Below are positions 16,553 to 28,558 of a DNA stretch of 64,000 nt, piece after piece. Both the position numbers and the translations under genes were made by a program. The notes under the pieces are model-generated. The model had not been told where the DNA came from and searched no databases. It saw only the letters and a program-made list of their open reading frames with translations. This DNA comes from an uncultured Verrucomicrobiae bacterium. GTDB taxonomy: Bacteria > Verrucomicrobiota > Verrucomicrobiia > Limisphaerales > Palsa-1400. The stretch is from assembly GCA_963707025.1 (NCBI GenBank), contig CAVPOM010000009.1:288001-352000 (forward strand), given 5' to 3'. The number at the start of each line of letters is the position of its first letter. Position 1 is the stretch's first letter.

Positions 16553-19500
16553 ATGAACCCCGAATTGCCCCCCGATAACCGCGCCGAGCTGGAGGCCAAA
16601 GTGACGGCCTTGCTCCTGGGCGAACTTACCGCCGAGGAAGCCGCCGCCTTGCGCCAGATGATGTCCCAGGATGCCGCGCTGGCCCAATTGCAGGAGCGGC
16701 TCAAGGCGACGCTGGCCCTGGTGCGCGAGACCGCCGCCACTTCCGCCGGCGAACTTTCCAAGCAACCCGCCCCGCTCAAACTCAGTCCCGCCCGGCGCGA
16801 AGCGTTGCTGGCGCATTTCAAAACGATAGCGCCCAAGGAGTTTGCCAAGCCGCGCCCCCGGGTGATTTCAAGGGTTGTGGAGTGGGCGGCTGTCGCCGCT
16901 ATTCTGTTGATATTGGCAGGAATGGTCTTGCCAAGCATGAGCGGCAGCAAGGCTAGATCCAAGGGCATGAGCGCCAGGATGTCCCTTGTGAATGGACGAG
17001 AAACGACGAGGTTTCCGGATGAGCCTCGACCCCAAGTGCAATCGAAGGGCGATTTCGCGGCCAGGGCCGGCGCAAACCTGTCCCGCTCGGTGAGTAGTGA
17101 GGGGTGGGTCGCCGCTCCAACCACCGCGAACCCCGCCTCACCACCCGCCATTCCGCCAACAACCCCCATTTACATGGGGAAAAGCGAGGAGAGCGGCGCC
17201 ACCGGCGCGGCGGAGCAGGGCGTGAAGCTGAATTTGCGCGGCGTCACCGTTGACAAGGCCCTGGATTTCCTGAGCGAGTCAGCGGGCCTTAACATCAACC
17301 GCCAGGCCAGCACCCAGGTTGGTGGAACGGTGGATTTGGTGAGTGAGACGCCGCTGACCAAGGACGAACTCGTTCCCTTTTACAACAAGGCCCTCGCCGA
17401 TAACGGCTTAACGGCCATTCAAGATAACAACACTCTGAACATCACGCGTCTTGAGGAGGCCCAAAATAACGTGGGAACTCCAGTCATCGTCCTCAACAAT
17501 TCCTTCGGGGATATTCCGCGAGATTCCCAAGTGGTGACAGAGGTGATTCCGGTTCACAGCCTCAATCCAGCTCAAGGGCTCAAGGATCTCAGCACTCCCG
17601 GTGCAGACAACCCATTCGCCTTATTTTTTGGTCGGGGTCGTGGCGGCGGTGGTGGTGGGGGCGGTGGTGGCGCTGCCAGCGCGAGCAGTACCTACCCACA
17701 ACAAGGCCAGGTCGCGCCGGTGGTATTCAACATTGATCCGATTTCAGGCAGTGTCATCTACATCACACCGGACAGTAACAACGAAGCCGTGGTGCAAGCC
17801 CTTCGGAATTTAGATCGGCCCAAACCAGCCGCGACGGTTGCGGGAAATGCTGCCACTAATGGATGGCCGGCCGGTGCGCCAACGATGGGCTTCTATGATG
17901 ATGATTCTTTGAACGGTCGTCCGGCCGGTGGCGGCGTTTATAGCATCAACGGGGTTGATGTCGTTCCGACAAACAGGAATCAGATATACTTTAATGATGG
18001 CAACCTGGATTTAAAGGCTCGTCCCCTTCAGGAGCAAATCGCCCAAAATGGAAAATCCTCCAGCACATCCAGCCAGCAAAATGCCTTAGTGATGCGGATG
18101 CAATCAGGTTCGCAATCCATGTCCTCCGCCACGCCGTCCGCCAACGGGCTTGGCGGCACCAGTGGCCTCGGCGGTGGTGGGTTTGGAGGCGGTGGTATTG
18201 GCGGTGGTGGCATTGGTGGCGGCGGCGGGACTGACTTGGGAGTGCAGGCGCCTTCCGCTCAGCCTGCAGGCATCCCACCAGCCGGTCTCGTCATCGAGGG
18301 TGTTCAACAAGGGGCGGGCGCTGGTGCCGTGGCGTCCAGCGATGGCAACACTGCTGGACGTGCCCGTGCGACTCGCGGCGGCCGTGGTGGCGCTCGTGGC
18401 GGCGGCAGGCGCGGTGGCGGCGGAGGAGGCGGAGGCAGCGGAGGCGGCGGGGGTTTTGTTGCGGGCGTCCCCACTGCGGCCAGCGCTCCCCCTACAACCT
18501 CGACCCCGGAACCTTCGCTTGGCGCGACGGTGCTGGCACTACGCCAGGCGCGTCAGGCCGCCGAAAACGGAAATGTCGCTGCGCCGCCCGCCAACCAAAG
18601 TGGCTCAGATAAGGAGGCCCTGGGACGCAACAGCAGTCTTGACTCCTACGCCGTCACCAACTTTGGCACTATCACTGATACCAAAACCGCCCCGGCAACC
18701 GAAAACGACTCCAAGGCGTTAGGCTTTTATTGGCGTCTAGGAAACGAGACTGTCAACAACGGCGCCGTAGGCGCCCAGGCTGGCACGGCGCCGCTTTTCA
18801 AAGGCGAGTTCGCCCTGGCCAATCCGTCGGGCATCTTCCCGGGAGCCGGAACGGCTGGCTCCAATCCCGGTCAAATTGCGCCCGCCGCGTCAGACAGCGT
18901 TCTCACCGGCGGAGTGAGAAAGCCGGCTCAGGCTGAGACAAATTTTGGTCGCGAAGAGCAAGCGGTCGCCGGTTCCTCCGTCGGGGAACCTCTGACAAGG
19001 TCACTCACTTTCTCGGCCACCGTTCCGCAGGAGTCCATCCAGCAGGCCCGTGTCGCTCCGACCAAACCCGCCGCGGCCGCCCCCAGCGATGTTGCCGTCC
19101 TCGGCGACCTTCCCGTCCTCGGAAAGCTTTTCAAGAAAGAAGCCGAAGCCGCTCCCGCCGCCACTCCTGCACCGCCGACCGCTGCTTTCCGCATGTCCCT
19201 CCAGGAGGCCGATGCGGCTCCGCCCAAACCCGCCTTTCCGCCTCCGACGCCGCAACCGGAAGTACCGACCCGCGACAATGCGTTCTCCACCTTCTCGCTC
19301 AACGTCAGCGATGTTTCCTTCAAGCTGGCGGCGGCGAGCCTGCAAAACGGTTCATTGCCGGATGCGTCCACCGTGCGGAGCGAGGAGTTCATCAACGCCT
19401 TCGATTATCGCGATCCCGAACCCGCTCCCAGCGCCGCCATCGGCTTTGCCTGGGAACGCGCGGGCTGGCCCTTCGCCCACAATCGCGACCTGCTCCGTTT

Positions 19501-20584
19501 CTCCGTAAAAACCGCCGCGCAGGGACGCCAGGCCGGCCGCCCACTGAACCTGGTTTTGCTCCTGGACAAATCCGGCTCGATGGAACGCGCCGACCGGGTG
19601 GCGATCATCCGCGAGGCCCTGCGTGTGCTGGCGTCGCAATTGCAGCCGCAGGACAAGCTCAGCGTGGTCGTGTTCGCGCGCACCGCCCGGCTGTGGGCGG
19701 ACGGCGTGTCCGGCAGCCAGGCCGGCGAACTGTTCGATGCCCTGGAGGCGCTCACCCCGGAAGGCGGCACCAATCTGGAAGAGGCGATGCGGCTGGCCTA
19801 CGAAGCCGTCTTCCGCCATTACCTGGCCAACGGCGAAAATCGGGTCGTCCTCCTCACCGATGGCGCGGCCAACCTGGGCGACGTGGAGCCGGAGAATCTG
19901 AAGAAGAACGTCGAGGCCAGCCGCACGCAAGGCATCGCGCTGGATTGTTTCGGCGTGGGCTGGGAAGATTACAACGACAATTTGCTGGAAGTCCTTTCCC
20001 GCGCCGGCGGAGGCCGCTACGGATTTATCAATATGCCGGAGGAGGCCGCAACGGGGTTCGCCGGACAACTGGCCGGCGCGCTCCGTGTCGCGGCATCGGA
20101 CGTGAAGGTGCAGGTCGAGTTCAACCCGGCCCGGGTGGCCTCCTGGCGGCAGATCGGTTACGCCAAGGACCAGCTCAAGAAGGAACAATTCCGCGACAAC
20201 ACCGTCAAGGCGGCGCAGATCGGCGCGGCGGAATCGGGCAACGCCCTTTACACGGTGGAAATAAATCCGGCGGGGGACGGCCCGGTTTGCACGGTGTATG
20301 TGCGTTATCGCGCGCCCGGCACGGCCACCTACTACGAACACGCCTGGGCCGTGCCTTACGACGGCGCGGCGGTCCCGTTGGATCAGGCCAGCCCGGCGAT
20401 GCGCCTGGCGGCGACCGCGACGGCGTTTTCGGAATGGCTGGCCACGAGTCCTTACGCCGGCGGAGTCACGCTGGACCAGTTGCTGGGCTATATGCGCGGC
20501 GTGCCGGAAATCTACGGCGCCGATGCGCGCCCCAAGCTACTGGAAACCATGCTTCGCGAGGCCAAAAGCATCACCGGCAAGTGA
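16553..20584 (+). CDS. Membrane-anchored anti-sigma-like protein with C-terminal YfbK-type vWA domain and internal secretin-like segments
   Basis: N-terminal ALLLGELTAEEAAAL anti-sigma-like helix, single TM, FSTFSLNVSDVSF, VRSEEFINAFDY, MIDAS LDKSGSM, GGTNLEEA, VVLLTDGAAN, DVKVQVEFNP. Confidence 0.85.
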   Translation: MNPELPPDNRAELEAKVTALLLGELTAEEAAALRQMMSQDAALAQLQERLKATLALVRETAATSAGELSKQPAPLKLSPARREALLAHFKTIAPKEFAKPRPRVISRVVEWAAVAAILLILAGMVLPSMSGSKARSKGMSARMSLVNGRETTRFPDEPRPQVQSKGDFAARAGANLSRSVSSEGWVAAPTTANPASPPAIPPTTPIYMGKSEESGATGAAEQGVKLNLRGVTVDKALDFLSESAGLNINRQASTQVGGTVDLVSETPLTKDELVPFYNKALADNGLTAIQDNNTLNITRLEEAQNNVGTPVIVLNNSFGDIPRDSQVVTEVIPVHSLNPAQGLKDLSTPGADNPFALFFGRGRGGGGGGGGGGAASASSTYPQQGQVAPVVFNIDPISGSVIYITPDSNNEAVVQALRNLDRPKPAATVAGNAATNGWPAGAPTMGFYDDDSLNGRPAGGGVYSINGVDVVPTNRNQIYFNDGNLDLKARPLQEQIAQNGKSSSTSSQQNALVMRMQSGSQSMSSATPSANGLGGTSGLGGGGFGGGGIGGGGIGGGGGTDLGVQAPSAQPAGIPPAGLVIEGVQQGAGAGAVASSDGNTAGRARATRGGRGGARGGGRRGGGGGGGGSGGGGGFVAGVPTAASAPPTTSTPEPSLGATVLALRQARQAAENGNVAAPPANQSGSDKEALGRNSSLDSYAVTNFGTITDTKTAPATENDSKALGFYWRLGNETVNNGAVGAQAGTAPLFKGEFALANPSGIFPGAGTAGSNPGQIAPAASDSVLTGGVRKPAQAETNFGREEQAVAGSSVGEPLTRSLTFSATVPQESIQQARVAPTKPAAAAPSDVAVLGDLPVLGKLFKKEAEAAPAATPAPPTAAFRMSLQEADAAPPKPAFPPPTPQPEVPTRDNAFSTFSLNVSDVSFKLAAASLQNGSLPDASTVRSEEFINAFDYRDPEPAPSAAIGFAWERAGWPFAHNRDLLRFSVKTAAQGRQAGRPLNLVLLLDKSGSMERADRVAIIREALRVLASQLQPQDKLSVVVFARTARLWADGVSGSQAGELFDALEALTPEGGTNLEEAMRLAYEAVFRHYLANGENRVVLLTDGAANLGDVEPENLKKNVEASRTQGIALDCFGVGWEDYNDNLLEVLSRAGGGRYGFINMPEEAATGFAGQLAGALRVAASDVKVQVEFNPARVASWRQIGYAKDQLKKEQFRDNTVKAAQIGAAESGNALYTVEINPAGDGPVCTVYVRYRAPGTATYYEHAWAVPYDGAAVPLDQASPAMRLAATATAFSEWLATSPYAGGVTLDQLLGYMRGVPEIYGADARPKLLETMLREAKSITGK

Positions 20585-20610
20585 CCATGAAACTGCGATA
20601 CGCATTCTTC

Positions 20611-20707
20611 AATCCCAAAGGGATTGCATCATGCAGCCCAGGGTTGGCCCGATTCCCAGAGGGACTACCCTGGGTGGCGGCATTTAAGCCCGACAACCCT
20701 GAAAGAG
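20611..20707. repeat. AATCCC-N3-GGGATTG...GCCCAGGGTTG...AACCCTGAAAG intergenic element
   Basis: A second related copy lies at 56227-56326. Confidence 0.7.
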
Positions 20708-20723
20708 ACCTCTGCAAAACGCC

Positions 20724-20796
20724 TGTAGCGGCGGTCTATGACCGCCGCCATGCCGTTATTTCCCCTGGTTTGCGGCGGTCACAGACCGCCGCTACA
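20724..20796. repeat. GTAG-type REP inverted pair
   Basis: TGTAGCGGCGGTCTATGACCGCCG ... CGGCGGTCACAGACCGCCGCTACA; single related copy at about 42971-42996. Confidence 0.8.
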
Positions 20797-20815
20797 TGAC
20801 CAATCAGTCAAATAT

Positions 20816-23800
20816 ATGAAAACACCCCTCGTTGCGCTTTGCGCTCTTTTGCTCGCCGGTTGTGTTGCAGGCGCCGGCTCCAAACCGGCGGGTTCTCCCG
20901 CGACGCCGGTCACGCTGACGGATTTCAAACTGGTGGGCAATCTCAGCGGCGACCTGGCCGACTTCACCCTCACCGCCACCGCGCATGTCGAGGACGCCCG
21001 GGGCGGCTCGCTCGATTTGCTCTCCGGCCCGGTCGCGCTCACCGCCATGGACACCAATCGCAACGAACACATCCGCGCCGACCACAATCATTTCTACCTG
21101 GCCTTTGACCGGCGCGGCGTCTTTCCCGTCAAGGTGCGGTTCAGCGCCGCCGTGCGCCAGGTGGACGGCTGGAACGCGCTGGATTTTCATGTCGCGCCCA
21201 GCGTGCTGCAGCCGGTGGTGCTGCAGGGACTGGCGGCGGAAACGCAATTCCAGTTCCCCGGCGCCGCCCGGCCCGACCGCAGCGGCAGCGACTTTCTCAG
21301 TTTCCTGCCCGCCGGCGGCGCGGTCAAATTTTCGTGGAAGGAAGTCCCGCCGGAAACGGAAGGCAAACTCTTCTTTTCCGCCGAGATGTGGTCGCAAGTC
21401 AACGTCCTGCCCGGCCTGATGCGCCAGGCCGCGCTGCTCAATTTCAAGGTCATGCAAGGCGAGCTGAACCGCGTCACCCTGCTGCTGCGCGGCGAGGGCG
21501 AAGTCACCCGCGTGCAGGGCGATCAAGTGCTGGCCTGGAATCCGCCCGAACCGGTGCCCAATTCCGCCGACCGCCGTCTGGTCATCCAGCTCAATCAGCC
21601 GCAGAAGGACCAGTTCGTCATCCTGGTGCAGATGCAGACGCCGCTGGGGGCGTTTCCGCAGACGGCGGACGTGCTGCAATTGCGGCCGGAGAACGCCACG
21701 CGCTTTGCCGGCTACTTCCGCATCGTCAACGAAGGGGCGGTGCGGCTGGAGGTGGCCCAGGCCAGCGGCGCCTCGCAAATCTCCCCCGATCAATTTCCCG
21801 AAAGCGACGCGACCCGGGCCATCTTCCGCGCCGCAGGGAACCAGCGCTTTGCCTACCGTTTTTCCGGGGCGGACTTCGCGCTGCGAATTCAGGCGGACCA
21901 GATTCTGCCGGAGCTGGCCGTGTCGGAACGTGCTGGCTTATCACCTCGGCGAAAACGAACTGGTGATTGACGCCGAAATCGAGCTGGACATCCGCGAGGC
22001 GCCCTTGCGCGAACTGCTGCTGCAAGCGTCCCCAAAGGCTACGCCATCGCCCGCCTCAGCGCCTCGGGCTTGAGCGATTATTTCCTCACCGAGCCGCCCG
22101 GCGACACGAATGCCGCGCTGCGGCTGGTTTATGGCCAGCCGGTCTCCGGCCGGCAGCTGGTGCAACTGCGCCTGGAACACAACCAGGCGCTGGGCGAGGC
22201 GCAATGGACGCTGCCCCGCCTGGAGGTTCCCAAAGCCAAGTCCGTGCGCGGCTACGTCGGCGTGTCGGCGGACCGGGCTTTCGCCTCACCGCCGGAACGC
22301 ACGCAGGGGCTGACCGAAATCGCCACCGCCTTTTTCCCGGCAAGCTGGCCGGCATCCAGGCGGCCTTCCGCCTGACGAGCGTGAGCGACTCGGCCTGGCA
22401 GGCGACCGTGCGCGTCGAACGCCTGCCGCAGACCGTGCAGGCCGACGGGCTGCATCTGTTTTCCATCGGCGAAGGCATCGCCTACGGCAGCAGCGTGATC
22501 AATTATGTCGTGTCCGGCGCGCCGGTGGCGGCGTTCAAGGTGGAATTGTCCGACGAGTATTACAACGTCGAGTTCACGGGCAAGGACATCCGCAACTGGC
22601 AGAAGACCAACGGCGGTTACGTGGTGCAATTGCACACGCCCGGTGTCCGGCGCTTACACGTTGCTGGCCACTTACGAGCGGCCGTTCAAGGCGCAGGGCG
22701 AGACGCTGGCCTTCACCGGCGCGCGTCCCGCTGGACGCCCAATCCGAGCAGGGCTACACCCTCATCATCAGCGCCTATCAGTTCCAGGTGAAGCCCGACC
22801 GAGGTTTCGCCCGGCCTGCTGCCGCTGGAGCCGGGCGAGGTGCCGCCCGAATACCGCCTCTTTTTCGACGCGCCCATTCTCGCGGCCTATCGCTACGCCT
22901 CGCGCCCGTTCGATTTGAAACTCGCCCTCCAGCCCGCTGGCGCAGGGCGATTCGCTCAGCCAGGTCGTGGACCGGGCCTCGCTTACCAGACCCGCATTTC
23001 CAAGGAAGGCCAGGCGCTGACCGACGTGCGCTACTTCGTCAAGAACCGCGGCAACCCCAACTTCCGCCTGACGCTGCCCCAGGGAGCGCAGTTGTGGTCG
23101 GCGTCCGTCAACGGCGCGCCCGCCGTGCCCGTCTCCGACGGCCAGGCCAGTCTGATTCCCCTGCCGCAGAGCGCCGACCCCAATGCCGTGCTGGAATTGG
23201 ATTTGAAACTGGCCTCCAAATCCGCCAATGCTGAAAAGGTCACGGTCAACGCCCCCATCGCTGACGCCCCGGTCATGCTGGCGGAATGGACCCTCGCGCC
23301 GGACCCCGGCCAGCGCCTGGTCTATCAGAGCGGCGACCTCCGGCCGGCGCGCGCCGCGCCGGACGTGTCGGGTTTTGCGCAACTGGCCCGCCTGTGGGAA
23401 GGACGTGGCACGGGGACCTGTTTGACGCTGCTGTGCGCCGTCCTGGTCTTGTTGACACTGGCGCTGGCGCTCCGCCGGGCGGCGCGCGCCGGCGCCGGCA
23501 AATATGGCGCGTCGCATCTTTGCATTTTGAGTTTGGGACTGATCGCCTTCGCCATTGTTCTGGGCTGCGCGGCGCAACTGGCGCAACTGGCCGGGGCCGC
23601 GCGGGGTTCGGCGCCCGCCGGCCTGGCCTTTCTCGCGCCGGTGCAACAGCCGGGCAGCGCCTTGCAGATCGCCGTGTCGAACCTCGCCGACAAGACTGCT
23701 TTGGCGGCCGTCCTGGGCTGGGGCTGGCCCGCGCTGGCCGCCCTCCTGCTCTGGGCAGGCGGATGGATGGCCGGCACGCCGCTGCAAAAACTGGCCGCTG

Positions 23801-26800
23801 CCGTCGTCGGCTGGACCCTGCTCGCCTGGGCGGCGCTCAGATTCCCGAACGGCGCGCCCGCCTTTTTTTGGATACTGCCGGCGTTTCTGGTGTGCCACGT
23901 CCTGTTCCCCGCTCTGCGCCAATTCTCCCGTTGGCCGCGCAAACCGGCGGCGGCCCCCACGGTGCCCTCCAGCGGGGCCGCGCCCGCCACCCTGGCGTTG
24001 CTGACTGCCGGCCTGTATTGGATGAGTTGCGGCCACGGACTGGTGCTGGGCGCGGAGGCCCCATCGGCCAAGTCCGCCCCCATTGCGGCCCCGGCCATTC
24101 CTGACTCCGTCACCCAGACCATCCGCGTGGAAGACAAACTGGCCCTGGCCACGGCCAAAATCCGCTGGCAGGCTCTCAAGGGCCAGGCCCTGCCGCTCCT
24201 CTCCGAGCCGGCGGTCTTGACGCATGTCGTGTTTCCAGCCCGCTCGCTCAAGCTCCAGCCGGCGCCGGCGGGCTCAAAATTCTCGCAACAAGTTGTGGCT
24301 CAGGAAAACGGGGTATTTGATCTCGAGGTGCAATACGAGATTCGCGTTTCGCCGGACCAGAGCGGAGCGGGCTTCGCCCTGCCGTCGCCCTATGGGTTGA
24401 TCAACCGCCTCAGTCTCACGGTCGTCAATCTCGATGTGGATGTGCTCTCGCCGCAGGCCGTTTCCATTAAATGCGACCACGCCACCAGCAACACGGTGGC
24501 GACTCTGATCTTGTCGCCGGCGGACAGCACGATTAGTTGGAGGCCGCGCAGCCGCGACGTCAAACGGGAGAAGCCGGTGTTTTACGCGGAGATGGCGCAA
24601 CTTTATGTGCCCTCGGGCGGGGTGGTCGAAGGCGCGCACGCCGTGTCCATTCGTCCGGCCCAGGGCGAACTGGCGGAACTGACTTTCGACGTGCCGCCCG
24701 GCGCCACCGTCACCGATGTGATTGATCCGGCGCAACCTGGCAACGGAGCGGCCGCGCCCGCGCCCGCCTGGCGCTTCGATCCGGACACGCGCAAGCTGCG
24801 CGTGGCCTTGAACCCGGCCCTCTCGCGGCCCTTCGCCCTGCTCATCCGCTCCCAGGTCGCCACCGGCCCGCTGCCGTATGCGCAATCACTGGGTTTGGTC
24901 ACGGTGGATAACGCGGCGGGTCAGATTGTCGGCAGGCCGGCATCGCCACCAGCGATGAAGTCCAACTGGACACCGTCACCGCCAACTCCTTGTCGCCCAT
25001 CAACCTGGAGGATTTCCCCATGGATGCCGCCTCCGCCTTTCGGGGTCAAATTCCGGGACTGACTCTGCGCCGCGCCTTCCGTTACTCCGACGCGGGGGCC
25101 ACCGCTCAGCTTGAACGCTTCGGCGGTCGAACCGGATGTGCGCGTGGAAACCAGGGACACCTTGTCGCTGGGCGAGGACCACACCACGCTGGCGGACAGT
25201 TTCACCGTGGACATCACACGGGCGGGCATATTCCGCTTGAGTTTTCGTCATGCCGGCAGACTTTGACGTGGATTCCATCAGCGGCGCGGCCTTGAGCCAG
25301 TGGACGGAGTTAAAAACCGAGGCCGGGCGCGTCATCACCCTGCACCTTTCCGGCAAGACCCAGGGCCGCCAGGAATTTGCCATCAGCCTGGCCGGCCCGG
25401 GCGTGAAAACCGCCCAGGGCTGGAAGGTGCCCGCAAGTGGTCCTGCGCGAAGCCAACAAGCAGCGCGGCACCCTGCTGATTGTGCCCGAGCAAGGCATGC
25501 GCCTGCAGGCCGCCGCCCGCGAAGGCTACACCCAACTGGACCCGCAGAAATCCGGCATCCGCCAAAAAGGGGTGCTGGCCTTCAGCCTGTTGCAGACGCC
25601 CTCCAACCTCACGCTGGACATTGAGCAGGTGGACCCGTGGATCGAGGTCACCAGCCTGCAACACGCCGCCGTCAGCGAAGCCCAGGTCAAGATCGCCGCC
25701 AATCTGCAGTATCAGATCAAAAATGCCGGCCTGAGGAGCTTTCGCGTCTTCCTTCCCGTCAATGCCGAGAGCGTCCGCTTCCAGGGCGAGCAGGTTGCCG
25801 ATTTTCTCAAGACGACCAACGCCCCCGCCAATGGCTTGCAGGAATGGGAAGTCAAGCTGGACCGCCGCGTCATCGGGCAGTACTTGCTGCAAGCCACTTA
25901 TCAAACCCCCATCCCCGACCAGGCGGCGGAGGCGGTCCTGTGGGGCGTGCAGGCCGCCGAGGTCAATCTGCAGCGCGGTTTCGTTACCGTCCAATCCGAC
26001 CGCCGCCTGCAGGTGACGGTGGACCATCTGCCCGCCGCCTTGCAACTGGCCGAATGGCAGAGCATTCCGCGCCTGCTGGAAAAGGACCTCGGCTCCGTTT
26101 CCGCCAGCCTGACCTACCGGCTGCTGGAGCCGGGCTTCCAACTCCCCTTGAAACTCCAGCGCCATGAGGCCGCCAGGCTGCTCCCCGCCCACGTCAACAA
26201 TATCACCTTCAATTCCGTCATCTCCGACGACGGCGTCATGCTCACCCAGGCCCGCCTGGAAATCCTGCCCGGGGACAAGCGCCTCCTCAGCCTCACCCTG
26301 CCCAAGGACGCCGGCTTCTGGTTCGCGTTCGTCAACGACAACGGGGTCTGGCCGTGGCGCGAACAGACCAGCATCCTGATCCCCCTGGAGCAGCAGTCGC
26401 ATGGCGACAAGCCGATCAGCGTGGAAGTTTTCTACGAATGCCGCGCCGGCCTGGCGGGAGCGGACTCGCTGCATTTGGAATTGCTCGCGCCCAAATTCGA
26501 TTTGCCCCTGGAAAACATCACCTGGCGCGTTGCGCTGGGCGACAAATGGCAGGTCAAACATTGGAGCGGCTCACTCCAATTGCAGGCCCAGGAAGCTCAA
26601 ATCGCCCGCGGCGGCGCTGGACCCGCAAATCTATCTCCAGACGCAAAACAGCCTGCGCCTGGCGCGCACCGAGGAGGCGCGCGAGGTTTTCGACCTGGGC
26701 AACAGTTCCCTGGTCAAGGGCAATCCCCAGCAGGCCCGCCGCGCCTTCCAAGCCGCTTACGGCCTCTCCACCCACGACGCCGCCTTCAACGAGGACGCCC

Positions 26801-27279
26801 GCGTGCAACTGCACAACATCAAGCTGCAGCAGGCCCTCATCGGCCTGAACGTCCGCCAGTCCGCCGCGGCGGGCGACGCCGGCGCGCTGGGCGGCAAGCT
26901 GCGCGATCTGCGCAGCCGCCCGGAGCTGAATTACACCCAGCAGGACGCCAAAGACATCCTTGACAACAACAGCGCCGACGAAAACGCCGCCTTCACGCGC
27001 CTGGCCGAGAAACTCATCCAGCAGCAGGACGCCGCCGTCAGCCACCCGGCCGGCATCCGCGCGAGCATTCCCGAACAAGGCCGCGTGCTCACCTTCCAGC
27101 GCGCCGTGGCGGTGGAAGAGCGGGCCGATTTGAACCTCCGGCTCGACGCTTCCATTGTGCCCGCCGCCTCCGTGGGGATCCGGCTGCTCATCCTGGCCGG
27201 CACCCTCCTCGGCTTCGTCCTTTTCGCCCTGGCTCTGCTCTCCCTGCGCCCCGTCGGCGAGGAACCAACTGCTTCTTAA
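20816..27279 (+). CDS. Very large (~2,150 aa) lipoprotein / multi-TM protein of unknown function, broken by many indels
   Basis: Lipobox LLLAGC after MKTPLVALCA; overlapping ORF pieces join seamlessly after single-base corrections; internal TM block at about 23420-24050 and a C-terminal TM helix. Confidence 0.7.
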
Positions 27280-27306
27280 TCTTAATCCTAATCTTGATCT
27301 TAATCT
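27275..27306. repeat. C(C/T)TAAT hexamer array at the gene end
   Basis: cttaat cttaat cctaat cttgat cttaat. Confidence 0.8.
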
Positions 27307-27490
27307 CCCACGCAGCGCACCCCTGCCCTGCGGAATTGGGTCGCGCTGGCCGGGTTCCTCGTTCTCGCGCTGGCCGATCTTGGCCATTGCCCCGTTGGCG
27401 CCGGTCTGGAATCGCCACCGTTGCACTGCCAAGCGGCTTGCGCTTTGAGGTTGCCCGGCGGTGGCAATTGTGATTTACTAATAGCGTTCT

Positions 27491-27760
27491 ATGCAACCGC
27501 GGCGACGACAATCCTTGGCGGACATGTTCCTAGTTTGGGGATTTGTGCTGTCGTTTTTCGCTTTATTCGGGGCGGCCTGTTTCGAGGCTTACAAGATTGT
27601 CGCGGTTATTCCGGCCGCGTTTGAATCATCCCATGCCTATTGGCGCGCTCCCATGACGGTCGCGGACGACGATTCCCCGCCGAATGCGTATGGCCGCCCG
27701 CGAACGACTGCCAGGCAACGCGCCCAAGACGAGAACCGCGCCCCCGGACAAGACCGATGA
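27491..27760 (+). CDS. Small hypothetical membrane protein
   Basis: One hydrophobic helix; AT-rich promoter-like sequence just upstream. Confidence 0.4.
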   Translation: MQPRRRQSLADMFLVWGFVLSFFALFGAACFEAYKIVAVIPAAFESSHAYWRAPMTVADDDSPPNAYGRPRTTARQRAQDENRAPGQDR

Positions 27761-27961
27761 TGATAAAACGGTCAAACTTCAACAATGCCCATGACGCAAC
27801 CGGGGCAACTCTCCATCTTCCGCACAACAGCCGGTGAACAGTTATGGTTCCATCTTCAACCGCCTTGGCGTGCCAGCTTGTCCCACCGTTCAAAAGTTTC
27901 TCAATTCACTATTCCAAATTCACCATTCCCTGTTCCCCTCTCTTCATTTGGCATTTTGCAT

Positions 27962-28552
27962 TTATAATTTTGCATTCCCCGTCCCACCCGCCAGCAGCAG
28001 GCGCACGTCCACCGCTTCCATTCCGGCGGCGCGGATGGCGGCCAGGCCCAGATCGGTGTCCTCGTAGGCCCGGCAATTTTCCGGCGCGACTCCCAGGCGG
28101 CGCGCCGCTTCCAGATAAATGTCGGGCGCCGGTTTTTGGCGGGCCACGTCTTCGCTCACCACGACGGCCTGGAACAGATGCTCGATGCCCAAATGATGGA
28201 GCATTTGCGTGACGATGCGGCGGGTCCCGCCCGAGGCCACCGCCATGGGCAGTTGGCCGCTGTGGTCGCGCGCAATACTCGCGATCCGCTCCACGGCGCG
28301 GACTTGCGGGATCAGTTGTTCAAAAGTCAGTTCCTTCTCCTTGGCCACCGCCGCGTAGTCCATCGGCCGGCCCTGCTCGGCGCCGAGCATTTTCACAATG
28401 TCCCGGGCCGGCACCCCGCCCAGCGAGTAAAAGCGGCCCTCGGCGAATTGGAGGCCATGAGCCTCCGTCACCTGCTTCCAGGCGCGCCAGTGCAGAGGCA
28501 TGCTGTCGGCCAGCGTGCCGTCGCAGTCGAAGATCAGTGCTTGCAGGGGCAT
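27962..28552 (-). CDS. HAD-superfamily phosphatase (YqaB/beta-PGM-like)
   Basis: IFDCDGTLADS, AVASGG, KPAPDIY, YEDTDLG..AGM. Confidence 0.9.
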   Translation of the reverse strand: MPLQALIFDCDGTLADSMPLHWRAWKQVTEAHGLQFAEGRFYSLGGVPARDIVKMLGAEQGRPMDYAAVAKEKELTFEQLIPQVRAVERIASIARDHSGQLPMAVASGGTRRIVTQMLHHLGIEHLFQAVVVSEDVARQKPAPDIYLEAARRLGVAPENCRAYEDTDLGLAAIRAAGMEAVDVRLLLAGGTGNAKL

Positions 28553-28558
28553 GAGAGG

